From Takakia lepidozioides (taxonomy: Eukaryota > Plantae > Bryophyta), in the NCBI GenBank assembly GCA_030704615.1, contig CM060732.1, positions 18,042,001 through 18,106,000 on the forward strand: a DNA stretch of 64,000 nucleotides, read 5' to 3'. The first letter of the stretch is position 1, and every line of letters begins with the position of its first letter. Both the position numbers and the translations under genes were made by a program. Under the pieces are notes generated by a model that had not been told where the DNA came from, searched no databases, and saw nothing but the letters and a program-made list of their open reading frames with translations. Below, piece by piece: positions 1 through 12,574 of the stretch.

Positions 1-470
1 GTTCCGGGCCCAGTCAGATCTGGGACTTAGCCATTTTCGGCCCCGAAATGGAAAAATGGCGCCATTTTTCCAGTTCAAGGCCCCGAAAATGGCTAAGTCC
101 CTAGGGTGGCTGGAACCGCAACCGGAAATTCGGCGCCATTTTTCCAGTTCCGCGCCCTGTCAGATCTGGGACTTAGCCATTTTTGGCCCCGAACTGGAAA
201 AATGGCTAAGTCCTTAGGGTGGCTGGCAGCAAAATCGGAAATTCGGCGCCATTTTTCCGGTTCCGGGCCCAGTCAGATCTGGGACTTAGCCATTTTCAGC
301 CCCGAAATGGAAAAATGGTGCCATTTTTCCAGTTCAGGGCCCTGAAAATGGCTAAGTCCCTAGGGTGGCTGGAACCGCAACCGTAAATTCGGCGCCATTT
401 TTCTAGTTCCGCGCCCAGTCAGTTCTGGTACCTAGCCATTTTCGGGCCCAACCTAGGAAAATGGTGCCGA
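1..470. repeat. Satellite A: tandem array of GGCGCCATTTTTCCAGTTC / GGGACTTAGCCATTTT / AAAATGGCTAAGTCCC modules, running off the window start
   Basis: The modules repeat visibly and occur in both orientations. Position 1 aligns with position 16957 of the second array. Confidence 0.9.
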
Positions 471-577
471 AAATGGTTTACGAGTGAGTGGTCGCATTGT
501 AAGTTGTCTCCTGATTTTGTGAGGCACCTCCCTCGCTCTTTTATTTCATTGAAAGACCGTTTCTGCTTCTGCTGGTA

Positions 578-1069
578 TTGACATTCTTCAAGTGGATTTG
601 TTCTTACTGTAGGATGCCAAGTACTGTAGGAGAGACGTCTACACCGCAGTTCATGGGCAGGAGGAATGTGCATTTTTTTGCCAGAGGGGATTTCATGCCT
701 AGTCCAGAAAGGGACTACATCCTTCCTACTTATGTTGCCCGGCTTGCTTTGGTGTCCATTAGGAGGTGTTCCGAACCTAGTCGTGTACAACAGATTTTAG
801 ACGAGGCAAGCCTCAAGAAAATGAAGATGAGGGAGGAGGCAGCAGCTATTAGAGCCCGTCAGGCTCGTAGATTTGTCTTGGATTCAGCTGAGGAAAGTGG
901 GGGAGAAGATGCAGAAGATTCCCAGGAGGTGAGGTGGACAGTCCCCCAAGAGGACGGGATTTTTGAGAGGCATAGTGGAACTGATGCATCACAGAGCTCG
1001 GAGGATGAGGGGGATGAGGGGGATGAGGAAGAAGGTGGGGCAAGTTCCTCGGAGGGTGTAGGAGAGTAG
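578..1069 (+). other. Unknown ORF or possible terminal exon with an acidic C-terminus, in the right arm of the putative TIR element
   Basis: 163-aa ORF ending in an E/D/G-rich tail. Intron-like signals lie upstream (GTAAGT at ~499, TTACTGTAG at ~612). A near-identical copy is at 17822-18232. No recognisable domain. Confidence 0.35.
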
Positions 1070-1250
1070 TGCCCATTCCGGCTATGACAGTTAGAACACA
1101 CTTGTATAGACGTGGCTTGCCACAAAATTTGCAATAAAATGTTGCATTTCAAGTCCACTAGTGCCACATTCCAACTTCATATGACCCTATTTTCGTGCCT
1201 CCTAACCCTATTTCCATGGACACACAATGGTCTGCTCATGCTTTTTTTTT

Positions 1251-1286
1251 CCGCTCATGCTCATGCCGCTCATGAAATAGCAGCCC
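1251..1286. repeat. Right terminal-inverted-repeat-like end (CCGCTCATGCTCATGCCGCTCATGAAATAGCAGCCC)
   Basis: Imperfect reverse complement of 5572-5607. Confidence 0.55.
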
Positions 1287-1396
1287 ACGAAAATTGTCCG
1301 ATGAAAATGAAGTTAGGAAGAAAACTTCCCTGAACCTGTTTCCAGTCTGTGATATGGGGGATGACATCATGGATGCGCTCAAGGGTCTACCCCACT

Positions 1397-1692
1397 CTTG
1401 GCACCAGACTGAAATTTAAACTCAGGGCAGGAAGCCTACCTTTGAACAGTAAACTGAAGCAGAGAGGAAAGGGAGAGTGTAATTGCCCGTTGTGTGGGCA
1501 ATTTGAAGACAATATTCATTTCTGATGTACGGGGTTCTCTCACCAAAGAGATGCTCTCTTAAAATCTATCAAGGGAATTGTGCATGTACCTCTGTTTACC
1601 AACTTTAAGAGTCTTGAGGCTGAGCCAAAAGCCCAGCCCCTTCTGCTCAGTAACTCCCCCCCCAACCTTTTTTTGTTTTGTTTCGTCATCTC

Positions 1693-1730
<38 letters not shown>
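1397..1730 (+). mobile_element. 3' end of a non-LTR retrotransposon (ORF2 C-terminal Cys/His knuckle) followed by (CT)n
   Basis: 1397-1525 translates LGTRLKFKLRAGSLPLNSKLKQRGKGECNCPLCGQFEDNIHF*, matching the L(R/K)xGxL...CPxC...ExxxH pattern of LINE ORF2 ends. A related piece lies at ~36620-36720. Confidence 0.6.
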
Positions 1731-1731
<1 letters not shown>

Positions 1732-1740
1732 TTTGATGTG

Positions 1741-4116
1741 CCTTTTGGGAACGGTTGTTGGCGCAGTTTGGCGGGACGTTGAAAGACGTGTTGAAGGCGG
1801 CTAATGCCACTTCCACTAAGGCAAAGTTTAAGGTGAAGCCTAAGGAACCCGACACCTTTGAGGGCGTCCGAAATTGGAAGGCACTCAACACCTGGCTCTT
1901 GGAGCTAGAGCAGTACTTCCGGGCGGCCAAGTTGAGTGACGAGGATCGGGTGGAAGTGGTTCCCACCTATTTGAGGGGCTATGCTCAACAATGGTGGCAG
2001 AAACGCCTTCATGACCAAGGTCCAAACCCAGAAACCTTGAGCTGGAGTGGGTTCAAGGAACTTATGAAAAGACAGTTTGTGCCCCTCAACGCGTCCTGGC
2101 TCGCCCGAGACAAGATGAGGAATTTGAAGCAAACGGACGACATTCGGGGATATGTTCAGGCTTTCAATGTGCTGTTGCTCGAAGTCTCAGATATGGCGGA
2201 ACCAAAAATGGTTTTCAACTTTGTGGCGGGACTGGCCCCATAGGCCAGGCGGAAGTTGGAGAAGAAGCCACCGAAGACTTTGAACGAGGCAATCGAAAGG
2301 GTTGAATGTCTCTTGGATGTCCCTAGGGGCGAAAGACAAGGCCGTACGGAACTGAACCACAAGAAGACTCGGCGGGAGGGTGACTCCTTCCGACCGGAAA
2401 AGAAGTGGGTAGGCCACGCGGTGACAATGGCACATGGAAATCGAAGGGAGGGCCTTCACACGTCAAGGCGGCACCCGGTGCTCCGAAAGGAAAATCAGGT
2501 GCGACGGCTTACGGTGGACAGAAGGCGACCTTCGATGGGGTGTGCTTTTATTGCGGGGAGCCCGGGCACATGGCTAAGAAGTGCGCGAAGCCCCGTCAAT
2601 TGAACATGACTCGGGCGACCACGGAGCTCTCCGAAGATTCCATCAACCGTTTGGTGGAAGTGGTGGTTGCCAAGACTTGCAAGGTAGGCAACTATTCTTG
2701 TGAGTTGTATCAGGAGACTGACGCCTTACGTAAAGGGAGTCAGTTAATGTTCGTGAGTGGGATAATTTCCGGAACTATCGTGTCGTTCTTGGTGGACACA
2801 GGAGTGTCGTACTCCTTCATGACACCGGCAACGGCATGGAAGCTGGGACTCCCGACAAGTGATGTGGGGGCCTCTATTGAAGTGCGTTCTGCCAAAGGAG
2901 AACCACAACTGGCGACGAGGTTGGCGTTCGATGTTCCTCTTCAGCTCGGGAGTTGGGAGGGACGTGAGAACTTCACCATTTGCGAGATCGATGGAGTGGA
3001 TCTCATTTTGGGGATGACCTTTTTGAGCAAATCCGGAGCGGTTATAGATGGCCGCAAAAGAATAGTCACGCTACCATGTGGGAATGGTGGCAAAGTGTTA
3101 CGGGTGTCGAAAACGCCCAACCAAATGGGAGGGCGAATAAACCTACTGTCAGCAAAGGAGTGGGCCGTGGAGGAGCCACACAAATCCCAGTTTTTGCTTT
3201 ACGTAAGACAAGTGGAAGGAGAAGTCGATAGGGAGCCGAGCCCAGATTGTATCAAGGGGATCTTGGGGAAATACCAGGATGTGATGCCGAAGGATTTACC
3301 AAGCGGCTTGCCACCGTGAAGAGGAGTTGACCACAAAATTGAGGTGATACCGGGATCGGAGCCGCCTGCCAAGGCGCCCTACCGGTTGAGCCACAAAGAG
3401 TTGGTCGAGCTGAAGGCTTAGCTCAAGGATCTAATGTCAAAGGGGTACATCCGGCCGAGTAAATCACCTTATGGAGCCCCGGTGCTATTCGCAGACAATA
3501 AGGATGAGACGCTGCGGATGTGTGTCGATTACAGGGCTCTAAATAAGGTGACTATAAAAAACTGGTACCCTTTGCCAAGGATCGACGACCTCTTCGATCG
3601 GTTGGCAGGAGCGAAGTATTTCAGCCGGATTGATTTGCGCTCCGGCTACCATCAAATTCGAGTGGCAGAAGGAGATGAGGAGAAGACCGCGTGCAAGACA
3701 AGATATGGTTCATATGAGTTCTTGGTGATGCCTTTTGGGCTCACCAACGCACCCGCGACCTTTAGCACGCTAATTAACAGCCTTTTCCAGGAGTGGTTGG
3801 ATGACTTTGTGATGGTGTACATCGACGACATCTTGGTGTACTCGAAAACAAAAGAAGAGCACCTGGAGCACCTCAAAAGGGTATTCCAGAAATTGCGGGA
3901 AGAGAAGCTATATGCCAAAGCTTCAAAGTGCGAATTCGGGGTCACAAAAGTGGAGTTCCTAGGGCATGTGATTACACAGGATGGGATCAAAATGGATGAC
4001 AGAGAGGTGACAACGATCTTTGACTGGGAGCCTCCGACTTCGGTACCGGGAGTGCGATCCTTCTTAGGACTCGCCTCCTATTACCGAAAGTATGTGAGAA
4101 ATTTTGCCAAGATCAC
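1741..4116 (+). mobile_element. Degenerate internal fragment (gag-PR-RT-start of RH tether) of the chromovirus family at 9306-16254
   Basis: Colinear with ~10305-12680. Carries the CCHC knuckle [14 protein letters not shown], protease LVDTG and RT YIDD. Stops arise from TGG>TAG (2241), CGA>TGA (3317) and CAG>TAG (3419). Confidence 0.92.
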
Positions 4117-4374
4117 GGGGGGGGGCTATTCTGTGAGCTCGGAGGCGTGAGCCTGTGAGCCCAGGAGCCCAGGAGCCCACGACAGGTTCACGCCACGTCA
4201 GCATGCATACAAGGCCTATTTCCGCGGGTGTCACCTATTACCGCTGGTTGATCAACCCTTTCCAGGGAATGCAAACTGGATGTGTTACATCCATTGTATC
4301 CATCATTTCTATCCATTGCATCCATTTAGACGTTATTAACATACCAAGCCCTTGCATTGGCATGTGGCTACGTC

Positions 4375-4520
4375 GTGAGCAGATGCACCCTCACATCATC
4401 CAAAGCGGATCCCTGCGACATGTTTTCTTACTCACCACCCTTGTGAACATGTATGGTATGTGCGGGAGCATCATAGATGCTCACCAGAAGAATGCCTGAA
4501 CAATCTTTGATCACGTGGAC
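4375..4520 (+). pseudogene. PPR gene fragment
   Basis: Translates EQMHPHIIQSGSLRHVFLLTTLVNMYGMCGSIIDAHQ, homologous to the minus-strand PPR relics at ~21720-21840 and ~40940-41040. Confidence 0.7.
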
Positions 4521-5272
4521 TTTAACGTGATGGATTTACTAAGCATTCTTCTGGCAGGAAAGACCAACGAGCAAATGATGCGAGAATGCTCTGCCCAAAC
4601 CAAAGACGTTTGTTTGTTTTTGCAATGAACACACGCCTGTGAGCTCCGGAAAACACTAAAGAGATTGAAGGAACAATCCGGGTAGTCCATGCAACCCCCA
4701 TCTCCAACAATAGTTTGTTCCCAGGAATTTGCATCTCGCGCACACATTGCAAACATGACAACAAGGACACTCAACCATCCCATTTCAAAATTGGCCCCGA
4801 ACAAAAGTAAGAGAAAACTTGATATCAAGTGTCATCTGAATCAGAATCGACCTCCTGTGTTATGTCATTCACAAAGATTCCGGCCCCAACAACATGTCTT
4901 CTACCACGGCCGTCGATGGTTGGACTGCGAGTGTCATGAACAGACATGCTTGCTGCGAGTGCCTCCGCATAGACGGGTAGCATGTAAGACTGAGGAGGAC
5001 TTGAAAGAAGTCCAAAAAGGAGTGATAGCCTTGGAGGGTCAGTGGAAGCACACAGACTCTTGCACAAGTCGACAAAAACCCATTTTGAATACAATGATGC
5101 AATGCACAAGTCCAACGAAGAAGATGTCTCACATGTGTACTTTGCCTTAAGAACAGTGATTCTAGGTATTCAAACAAGAATGCAAGCATCCACAGCTTGA
5201 ACTTACTCACAGGCAAAGTCGGAGTCCAGCTCCTTGTCGGACGTCTCCCCTATATCAATATCACCGGGAAGG

Positions 5273-5571
5273 TGTCGCGGCCCTTTGCCTTGAGGGCAGG
5301 GGGTCGGGACACGAGAGGGGCTGGCCCTATGGTGGGGGTAGTGGTGCGGGGGTTGAAGCACCCTTGAGTGCCAAAGGCACTCAAGGAGGCGGAGGCGCTC
5401 ACTAGGTGGAGCCCCGCACATCGGGTTGCGGTGGGGGTGGTTCCACGAGGGGTGGTGGTAGCTTAGTGGGACTTAGTGGGGGTGACATAGGACTCACCAT
5501 GGGGGTGGAGACCTTGTGGTGGGAGTCGTGGAGAGTCTTGGGACTCATCACGGTCCAATGGGACCGTGGGA
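5273..5571 (+). mobile_element. 5' ~300 bp of a chromovirus LTR, interrupted
   Basis: Starts TGTCGCGGCCCTTTGCCTTGAGG like the LTRs at 9306, 15549 and 53696. Similarity stops at ~5571, where the TIR-like sequence begins. Confidence 0.88.
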
Positions 5572-5794
5572 GGTTAGCTATTTCATGAGCATGAGCGGCA
5601 TGAGCGGAGTAGCAAGACAATCGGTTTTCATAAGCAGAAGTACAGATTTCGAAAATAAAAAACATTATAAAACATTAATTTAATGCAATATGTCAGAAAA
5701 ACAAATATATTATTCGGCACCTTGAAGGGAAAATTGTAGTTTTGAGAGTTGTGCTCATGATATTTCGTCTTCCGCTCATGCCAATTCCCAGCGA

Positions 5795-6210
5795 CATGTG
5801 CAAAAATGGCGCCAAATTTCGCGGTAATAGGGTCCGTAACCGGAAAAATCGACGACGTATTTCGCAGTAATAGGTCTCTCTGGCAAAAAATGGTGCCGAA
5901 TTCCGCGGCTATCGGTCCCCTCATGACAGGTGTGTAAGCCCAAAATTTGGAAATGTGGCGCCGAATTTCAGTACATGGTGTGCCAGGGATTGCACAGATG
6001 TTGGGCAGTTCTGGGTCATGTAATTGGAAATTCGGCGCCATTTTTCCAGACATCGTTCCCGTGCATGTTCGGACTTGGCCAGTTTTCGGCCCAAAATAGG
6101 GAAATTCGGCGCCATTTTTCCAGACACATCCAGACCAGTGCATGTTGGGACTTAGCCAGTTTTCGGCCCAAAATAGAGAAATTCGGCGCCATTTTTCCAG
6201 AAATGGCCCC
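5795..6210. repeat. Degenerate satellite A-like array
   Basis: Recurrent GAAATTCGGCGCCATTTTTCCAG and GACTT(G/A)GCCAGTTTTCGGCCCAAAAT modules. Confidence 0.75.
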
Positions 6211-6374
6211 ACAACTGCTTCTGTTGGATCTCAGTTTGAATGGAATATTGCCTCATTCCAGGAGTTTTGGGGTGCATTTCATTACACTGCAAAAAAAAGT
6301 CTGATACATGAAAATGCAATTGAAAATATCCATATGGAGGATTCCCTTTGCCCCATCAATGATTTCTGGAATCC

Positions 6375-7300
6375 CTAAGGAGGAGTTTGTGCAGCTCGTT
6401 CACGCTCAACGCATCGGCTGTTGGCCTCTTCGAAGCAATGGCGTGTCCCGAAGGCCCTCTCGCAAGGCCGCCCGAGGAGGGAACTCAAAGAAGATATTAC
6501 CGTCGACGTCTGCGGACGATTTAAATGCAAACTTGCTGTAGTCCAGTCCGGCCAGCTCCGAGCGGTGTCCCTCCATGTGAAGCCCTCGCAGAATTTCAAG
6601 AATGGATCGAACTGCGGTGCTCGTGCTGGGAATATGACTCCCTCGTCCACTGACGTCCATTGAGGACTTGCCTGATCTCCAAGTCGATCTCGGAACTTCC
6701 ATGACCTCGTCTGAGTCGGACAGGTTGTGAACAACCTGGTTCTCGCTCGTCTTCATTGATGGGTTCGGCTCTGGATTTGCTTCGTTGCGGACTTCTCTCT
6801 TTGAGGTACCCACACTCTGATTCGCGGATTGTTTCGTGGAAGGCGCCAGGATAGAAGGTGCATTTGGCGGGCAAATGAAGTCCTCAACAGCCATGTATAT
6901 GACGCTGTCCGATGGTGGAACTCGTCATTCCCTGCCATCGCCGAAATCATCGTGGAGCACAACAATACTCTCGACAACAACGCCGTTTGAGTCCTTCTTT
7001 TCCTCCTCCAAAAAAACCGACCCCGGTTTCAGGTGGTATCGAACGCACAGATATTTCTCCATCACACGGCAGATGTCCCCTCTGCACGGAAATGAAGCTC
7101 TATGCTCGTGAGGAGGGCAGTACACTGTAGCGCTCGGGCTTTCTGCCATGGGAGATGTGCACACAAGACAGCCAGGATGGCGTGCGGGCAAGCTCCCTGG
7201 TAGAAGGGGGATGCAGCGATGGGAAGGAATGCGGTGCCGATTTGTCCGTGCGACGAAGCCTGATCCAAATCCAGGGAGCCAACTATCTCAAAAATCCACA
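6375..7300 (-). pseudogene. Degenerate ORF region, possibly the N-terminal part of a transposon protein
   Basis: ORFs 6925-7191 (Cys/His-rich) and 6406-6894 (SILEILRGL...SELAGLDYSK...DGNIFFEFPP) are colinear on the minus strand. The resemblance to bryophyte Mutator-like proteins is from recollection only. Confidence 0.3.
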
Positions 7301-7389
7301 ATCAGAGTGTTAATGAACCTTGTCTCCGGAATGCGGCCCCTGGTCTTTGCGCAATAACTGCCAACGGTATGCAGTCAGAAAGTGGGGGG

Positions 7390-8540
7390 CCGTCCGGATG
7401 ATGTCGGCTGAAGGGGAGAAGCCGGCACCGGGCCGTCACATTACTACCCCGGATGGAAATTCGGCACCGAATATCCAACAGGGGCCGCCCGGTTGAAGTC
7501 GCCTCGGGCAGAGAGGCCGGCACCTGTCCGACTGAGAACATCCCCCGGATGGAAATTCAGAGCCGAATTTCCATCCGGGCCCCCGAAAGGAAGTCCTGTC
7601 GGGGGGTCAGGCCGAAAACTGGCCGACATAAAAATCTCCCCGGATGAAAAAACGGCACCGAATTTCCATCCGGGGCCGTTCGGATGCAGTCGGCACCTGG
7701 CCGTCACATTACAACCCCCGGACGGAAAATTGGCACCGAATATCCAACAGGGGGCGCCCGGATGAAGTCGCCTCGGGTGGAGAGGCCGGCACCTGTCCGA
7801 CAGAGAGCATCCCCCGGATGGAAATTCGGCGCCGAATTCCCGTCCGGCCCCCCCAAAGGAAGTCCTGTCGGGGGGTCAGGCCGAAAACTGGCGGACATAA
7901 AAACCTCCCTGAATGGAAAAACAGCGCCGAATTTCCATCCGGGGCCGTTCGGATGCAGTCGGCTCGGGGGGTGAGGTCGGCACCTGGCCGTCACATTACA
8001 ACCCCCGGACGGAAATTCGGCACCCAATATCCAACAGGGGACGCCCGGATGAAGTCGCCTCGGGCGGAGAGGCCGGCATCTGTCCGACAGAGAGCATCTC
8101 CCGGATGGAAATTCGGCACCGAATTTCCATCTGGGCCCCCACAAAGGAAGTCTTGTCGGGGGGTCAGGCCAAAAAGTGGCCGACATAAAAACCTCCCCGG
8201 ATGGAAAAACGGCGCCGAATTTCCATCCGGGGCTGTTCGGATGCAGTCGGCTCGGGGGGAGAGGGCGGCACCTGGCCGTCAAATTACAACCCCCGGACGG
8301 AAATTCGGCACCGAATTTCCAACAGAGGACGCCCGGATGAAGTCGCTTCGGGCGGAGAGGCCGGCACCTGTCCGACAGAGAGCATCCCCCGAATGGAAAT
8401 TCGGCGCCGAATTTCCATCCAGGCCCCCACAAAGGAAGTCGTGTCAGGGGGTCTGGTTGAAAACAGTCCGACATAAAAACCTCCCTGGATGGAAAAACGG
8501 CGCTGAATTTCCGTCCGGGGCCGTTCGGGTTCCCCCCTAG
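7390..8540. repeat. Satellite B: about 4 copies of a ~270-290-bp GC-rich unit
   Basis: The anchor GTCA(C/A)ATTAC recurs at ~7435, 7703, 7990 and 8278. Internal GGATGGAAATTCGGC and GAATTTCCATCC modules are present. Confidence 0.9.
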
Positions 8541-8639
8541 CAGTCGAGAATTCCCTGAAAAACGTGTCTAAAAGTGGACTTCAGCCAAAAAACTAAAGGT
8601 TTAGTGTCTTTTTAGACCAAAAACCTAGCGGCCACGCTC

Positions 8640-9305
8640 AGAAATTACCTGCAGGATGGTAATTCGGCGCTGAATTTCCATCCAGCAGCGATCCAAGGTA
8701 CCTGCTGGATAGAAATTTGGCGCCGGATTTCCGTCCATCCGGGCTCCAAATTACTTGCAGGATGGAAATTCGGCACCGGATTTCCATCCATCCGCTCTCC
8801 GAATTACCTGCATGACAGAAATTCGGCGCTCTGAGTTACCTGCAGGATGGAAATTCGGCGCCGGATTTCCATCCATCCGCCCTCCGAATTACCTGCCTGA
8901 CGGAAATTCGGCGCTCCGAGTTACCTACAGGATGGAAATTCGGCGCCGGATTTCCATCCATCCGCTCTTCGAATTACCTGCATGACGGAAATTTGCAGCG
9001 CCGACTTACCTGGAGGATGGAAATCCGGCGCCGGATTTCCATCCATCCGCGCTCCGAATTACTTGCATGATGGAAATTTTGCGCGCCGACCTACCTGGCG
9101 GATGGAAATCCGGCGCCGGATTTCCATCCATCCGCTCTTCGAATTACCTGCATGACGGAAATTTTGCGCGCCGACTTAGCTGGCGAATGGAAATCCGGCA
9201 CCGGATTTTCATCCATCCGCTCTTCGATATACCTGCATGACGGAAATTTTGCGCGCCGACTTACTTGGAGGATGGAAATCCGTCGCCGGATTTCCATCCA
9301 TCCGC
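8640..9305. repeat. Satellite C, left part: ~85-90-bp unit containing a 30-bp palindrome
   Basis: GGATGGAAATCCGGCGCCGGATTTCCATCC is a perfect palindrome at 9015-9044 and 9099-9128. The array resumes at 16255. Confidence 0.92.
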
Positions 9306-10032
9306 TGTCGCGACCCTTTGCCTTGAGGGCAGGGGGTCGGGACACACGAGGGGCTGCCCTTGTGGTGGGGGCAGCGGCAGCGATAGGTATGGGGGGGCTG
9401 AAACACCCTTGAGTGCCCAAGGTACTCAGGGAAGCGGAGGCGCTCACTAGGTGGAGCCCCGCACACCGGGTTGCGGCGGGGGTGGCTCCACAAGGGGTGG
9501 TGGTAGCTTAGCGGGACTTAGTGGGGGTGGCATAGGACTCACCATGGGGGCGGAGACCTCGTGGTGGGAGTCGTGGGGAGTCTTGGGACTCATCACGGTC
9601 CATAGGGGCCGTGGTGAGTGGGCCAAGACTCACCGCGACTCATCACCGGGAGTCGAGGGTTTTCGTGGTGGTTCACCATAAAATGGCATGGCTGGTTGTG
9701 AAACCCCCGCGGACAGCTACAGAAGTATATATAAGGGGAGTAGTGACCCTGAGAACGGTGCAAGCCCGTTGGTGACCAAAAACTAGTGAGTAAGCGAGCG
9801 AGCCGGAAAGCGACCAAAAAGTGGGGAGCTGTTCCGGACTGCCATCTACCAAAGGGAATTCCACCAGGCCCAAATAGGTGGAGGGTTTAGTGGGAAGCAA
9901 ATGGGGACCATTATGTCCCGGTGAGCAGCCGAAGCTCCAAGTTGGCCCGGGGCCAGGCTGGGAATCAGGCGCGCGCATCAAAGCGAGTAACTATGACATG
10001 AAGGGGAGCTTACCGAAGTGAGGTGCGCGACA
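9306..10032 (+). repeat. 5' LTR (727 bp)
   Basis: TG...CA ends with a 7-bp inverted terminus; TATATATAAG box at ~9726. Confidence 0.95.
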
Positions 10033-10034
10033 CT

Positions 10035-10046
10035 TGGTATCAGAGC
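10035..10046 (+). promoter_or_regulatory. Primer binding site for tRNA-iMet (TGGTATCAGAGC)
   Basis: Canonical iMet PBS 2 nt after the LTR end. The same motif occurs at 18255 and 54423. Confidence 0.92.
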
Positions 10047-10087
10047 TTAGAGTTCAGTACGCGATCGTCCTTGGAATTGGCCTCATC

Positions 10088-12574
10088 ATGGGGTCGGGCA
10101 AGCCAAAGCGAAAGCGGAACGGCCCAAAAGATGATGATCCTGGTGAGCCCGATGGGGGCGACGTGTCACCGAAGCGGCCGTTTGAGGAAGCGACGCAGGT
10201 TTCTGAAAGCGAGGCCGCTCAAGAGCGGGAGGAATCCGAGGAGTCGGAGCCCGAGGAATCCGTGAGAGCTCTGACCGACCAACAGATGCCTCCCATGCCG
10301 GCACCCTTTTGGGAAGGGTTGTTGGCGCAGTTTGGCGGGACGTTGAAAGACGTGTTGAAGGCGGCTAATGCCACTTCCACTAAGGTAAAGTTTAAGGTGA
10401 AGCCTAAGGAACCCGACACCTTCGAGGGCGTCCGAAATCGGAAGGCACTCAACACCTGGCTCCTGGAGCTAGAGCAGTACTTCCGGGCGGCCAAGTTGAG
10501 TGACGAGGATCGGGTGGAAGTGGCTCCCACCTATTTGAGGGGCTATGCTCAACAATGGTGGCAGAAACGCCTTCACGACCGAGGCCCAAGCCCGGAAACC
10601 TTGAACTGGAGTGGGTTCAAGGAATTGATGAAGAGACAGTTTGTGCCCCTCAACGCGTCCTGGCTTGCCCGGGACAAGATGAGGAATTTGAAGCAAACAG
10701 ATGACATTCGGGGGTATGTCCGGGCTTTCAATGTGTTGTTGCTCGAAGTCGCGGACATGGCAAAACCAGAAATGGTCTTCAACTTTGTGGCGGGACTGGC
10801 CCCATGGGCCAGGCGGAAGTTGGAGGAGAAGCCACCCAAGACTTTGAACGAGGCAATTGAGAGGGCTGAATGTTTCTCGGATGTCCCTAGGGGTGAGAGA
10901 CAAGGCCGTACGGAGCTGAACCACAAGAAGACCCGGCGGGAAGGTGACTCCTCCCGACCGGAAAAGAAGTGGGATAGGCCACGCGGCGACAATGGCACGT
11001 GGAAATCGAAGGGAGGGCCTTCACACGTCAAGGCGGCACCCGGTGCTTCGAAAGGAAAAGCGGGTGGAGCGGCTTATGGCGGACAGAAGGCGACCTTTGA
11101 TGGAGTGTGTTTCAATTGCGGGGAGCCCGGGCACATGGCCAAGAAGTGCACAAAACCTCGACAATTGAACATGACTCGGGCAACCACGGAGCTGTCGGAA
11201 GATACCATCAGTCGCTTGGTGGAAGCGGTGGTCGCCAGGACTTGCAAGGTAGGCAACTATTCTTGTGAGTTGTATCAGGAAACTGGCGCCCTGCGTAAAG
11301 GGAGTCAGTTATTGTTCGTGGATGGGATAATATCCGGAAATAACGTGTCGTTGTTGGTGGACACAGGAGCGTCGCACTCCTTCATGACGCCGGCGGTGGC
11401 GCGAAAGTTGGGACTCCCGACAAGTGACGTGGGGGCCTCTATTGAGGTGCGTTCTGCCAAAGGAGAACCACAGTTGGCGACAAGGTTGGCGTTTGATGTT
11501 CCTCTTCAACTGGGGAGTTGGGAGGGACGTGAGAACTTCACCATCTGCGAGATCGATGGAGTGGATCTCATTTTGGGGATGACCTTTTTGAGCAAATCCG
11601 GAGCGGTCATAGATGGCCGCAAGAGAGTAGTCACGCTGCCATGTGGGAATGGTGGCGAGGTTTTACGAGTGTCGGAAACGCCCAAATCCGTGGGAGGGCG
11701 AATAAACCTTCTGTCAGCAAAGGAGTGGGCCGTGGAGGAGGCACACGAGCCCCAATTTTTGCTTTACATTAGAGAAGTGAAAGGAGAAGGCGATGGGGAG
11801 CCGAGCCCAGATTGGATCAAGGGGATTTTAGAGAAATACCAGGATGTGATGCCGGAGGATTTACCAAGCGGCCTGCCACCGCGAAGAGGAGTTGACCACA
11901 AGATTGAGGTGATACCGGGATCGGAACCGCCTGCCAAGGCGCCCTACCGGTTGAGCCACAGAGAGTTGGTCGAGCTGAAGACTCAGCTCAAGGATCTAAT
12001 GTCAAAGGGGTACATCCGGCCGAATAAGTCACCTTACGGAGCCCCGGTGCTATTTGCAGATAAAAAGGATGGGACGCTGCGGATGTGTGTCGATTACAGG
12101 GCCCTGAATAAGGTGACTATCAAAAACCGGTACCCTTTGCCAAGGATCGACGACCTTTTCGATCGGTTGGCAGGAGCGAAGTATTTCAGCCGGATCGATC
12201 TGCGCTCCGGCTATCATCAAATTCGAGTGGCGGAAGGAGATGAGGAGAAGACCGCGTGCAGGACAAGGTATGGTTCATATGAGTTCTTGGTGATGCCTTT
12301 TGGGCTCACCAATGCACCAGCGACATTTAGCACGCTGATGAACAGCCTTTTCCAGGAGTGGTTGGATGACTTTGTGATCGTGTACATCGACGACATCTTG
12401 GTGTATTCGAAAACAAAGGAGGAGCACCTGGAGCACCTCAAAAGGATGTTCCAGAAATTGCGAGAAGGGAAGCTGTATGCCAAAGTTTCAAAGTGCGAAT
12501 TCGGGGTCACAAAAGTGGAGTTCCTGGGGCATGTGATTACACAGGATGGGATCAAAATGGATGACAAAAGGTGA
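10088..12574 (+). CDS. Gag-protease-reverse transcriptase polyprotein, uninterrupted part
   Basis: ATG at 10088; [18 protein letters not shown]; protease LLVDTGAS; RT motifs [20 protein letters not shown] and YIDD. Confidence 0.92.
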   Translation: MGSGKPKRKRNGPKDDDPGEPDGGDVSPKRPFEEATQVSESEAAQEREESEESEPEESVRALTDQQMPPMPAPFWEGLLAQFGGTLKDVLKAANATSTKVKFKVKPKEPDTFEGVRNRKALNTWLLELEQYFRAAKLSDEDRVEVAPTYLRGYAQQWWQKRLHDRGPSPETLNWSGFKELMKRQFVPLNASWLARDKMRNLKQTDDIRGYVRAFNVLLLEVADMAKPEMVFNFVAGLAPWARRKLEEKPPKTLNEAIERAECFSDVPRGERQGRTELNHKKTRREGDSSRPEKKWDRPRGDNGTWKSKGGPSHVKAAPGASKGKAGGAAYGGQKATFDGVCFNCGEPGHMAKKCTKPRQLNMTRATTELSEDTISRLVEAVVARTCKVGNYSCELYQETGALRKGSQLLFVDGIISGNNVSLLVDTGASHSFMTPAVARKLGLPTSDVGASIEVRSAKGEPQLATRLAFDVPLQLGSWEGRENFTICEIDGVDLILGMTFLSKSGAVIDGRKRVVTLPCGNGGEVLRVSETPKSVGGRINLLSAKEWAVEEAHEPQFLLYIREVKGEGDGEPSPDWIKGILEKYQDVMPEDLPSGLPPRRGVDHKIEVIPGSEPPAKAPYRLSHRELVELKTQLKDLMSKGYIRPNKSPYGAPVLFADKKDGTLRMCVDYRALNKVTIKNRYPLPRIDDLFDRLAGAKYFSRIDLRSGYHQIRVAEGDEEKTACRTRYGSYEFLVMPFGLTNAPATFSTLMNSLFQEWLDDFVIVYIDDILVYSKTKEEHLEHLKRMFQKLREGKLYAKVSKCEFGVTKVEFLGHVITQDGIKMDDKR

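Noticed and set aside
5273-5571. LTR fragment as the 3' LTR of the 1741-4116 copy
   Set aside because: It is not preceded by the family's 3' UTR/PPT sequence seen before 15549.
7644-8540. 298-aa (+) and 256-aa (-) ORFs
   Set aside because: They lie wholly within GC-rich satellite B and shift between repeat frames; they are a by-product of the repeat.
7390-9305. CRISPR-like appearance of the palindromic repeat arrays
   Set aside because: The sequences between palindromes are themselves repeated rather than unique spacers, there are no cas genes, and the context is eukaryotic.
9451-9681. Recurrent small ORF MEPRTPGCGGGG (also at 5406, 15694, 53841)
   Set aside because: It recurs only because it lies in the LTR; it has a non-ATG start and no domain.
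10035-10046. tRNA gene
   Set aside because: Only the 12-nt PBS complement is present. No tRNA or rRNA genes were recognised anywhere in the window.
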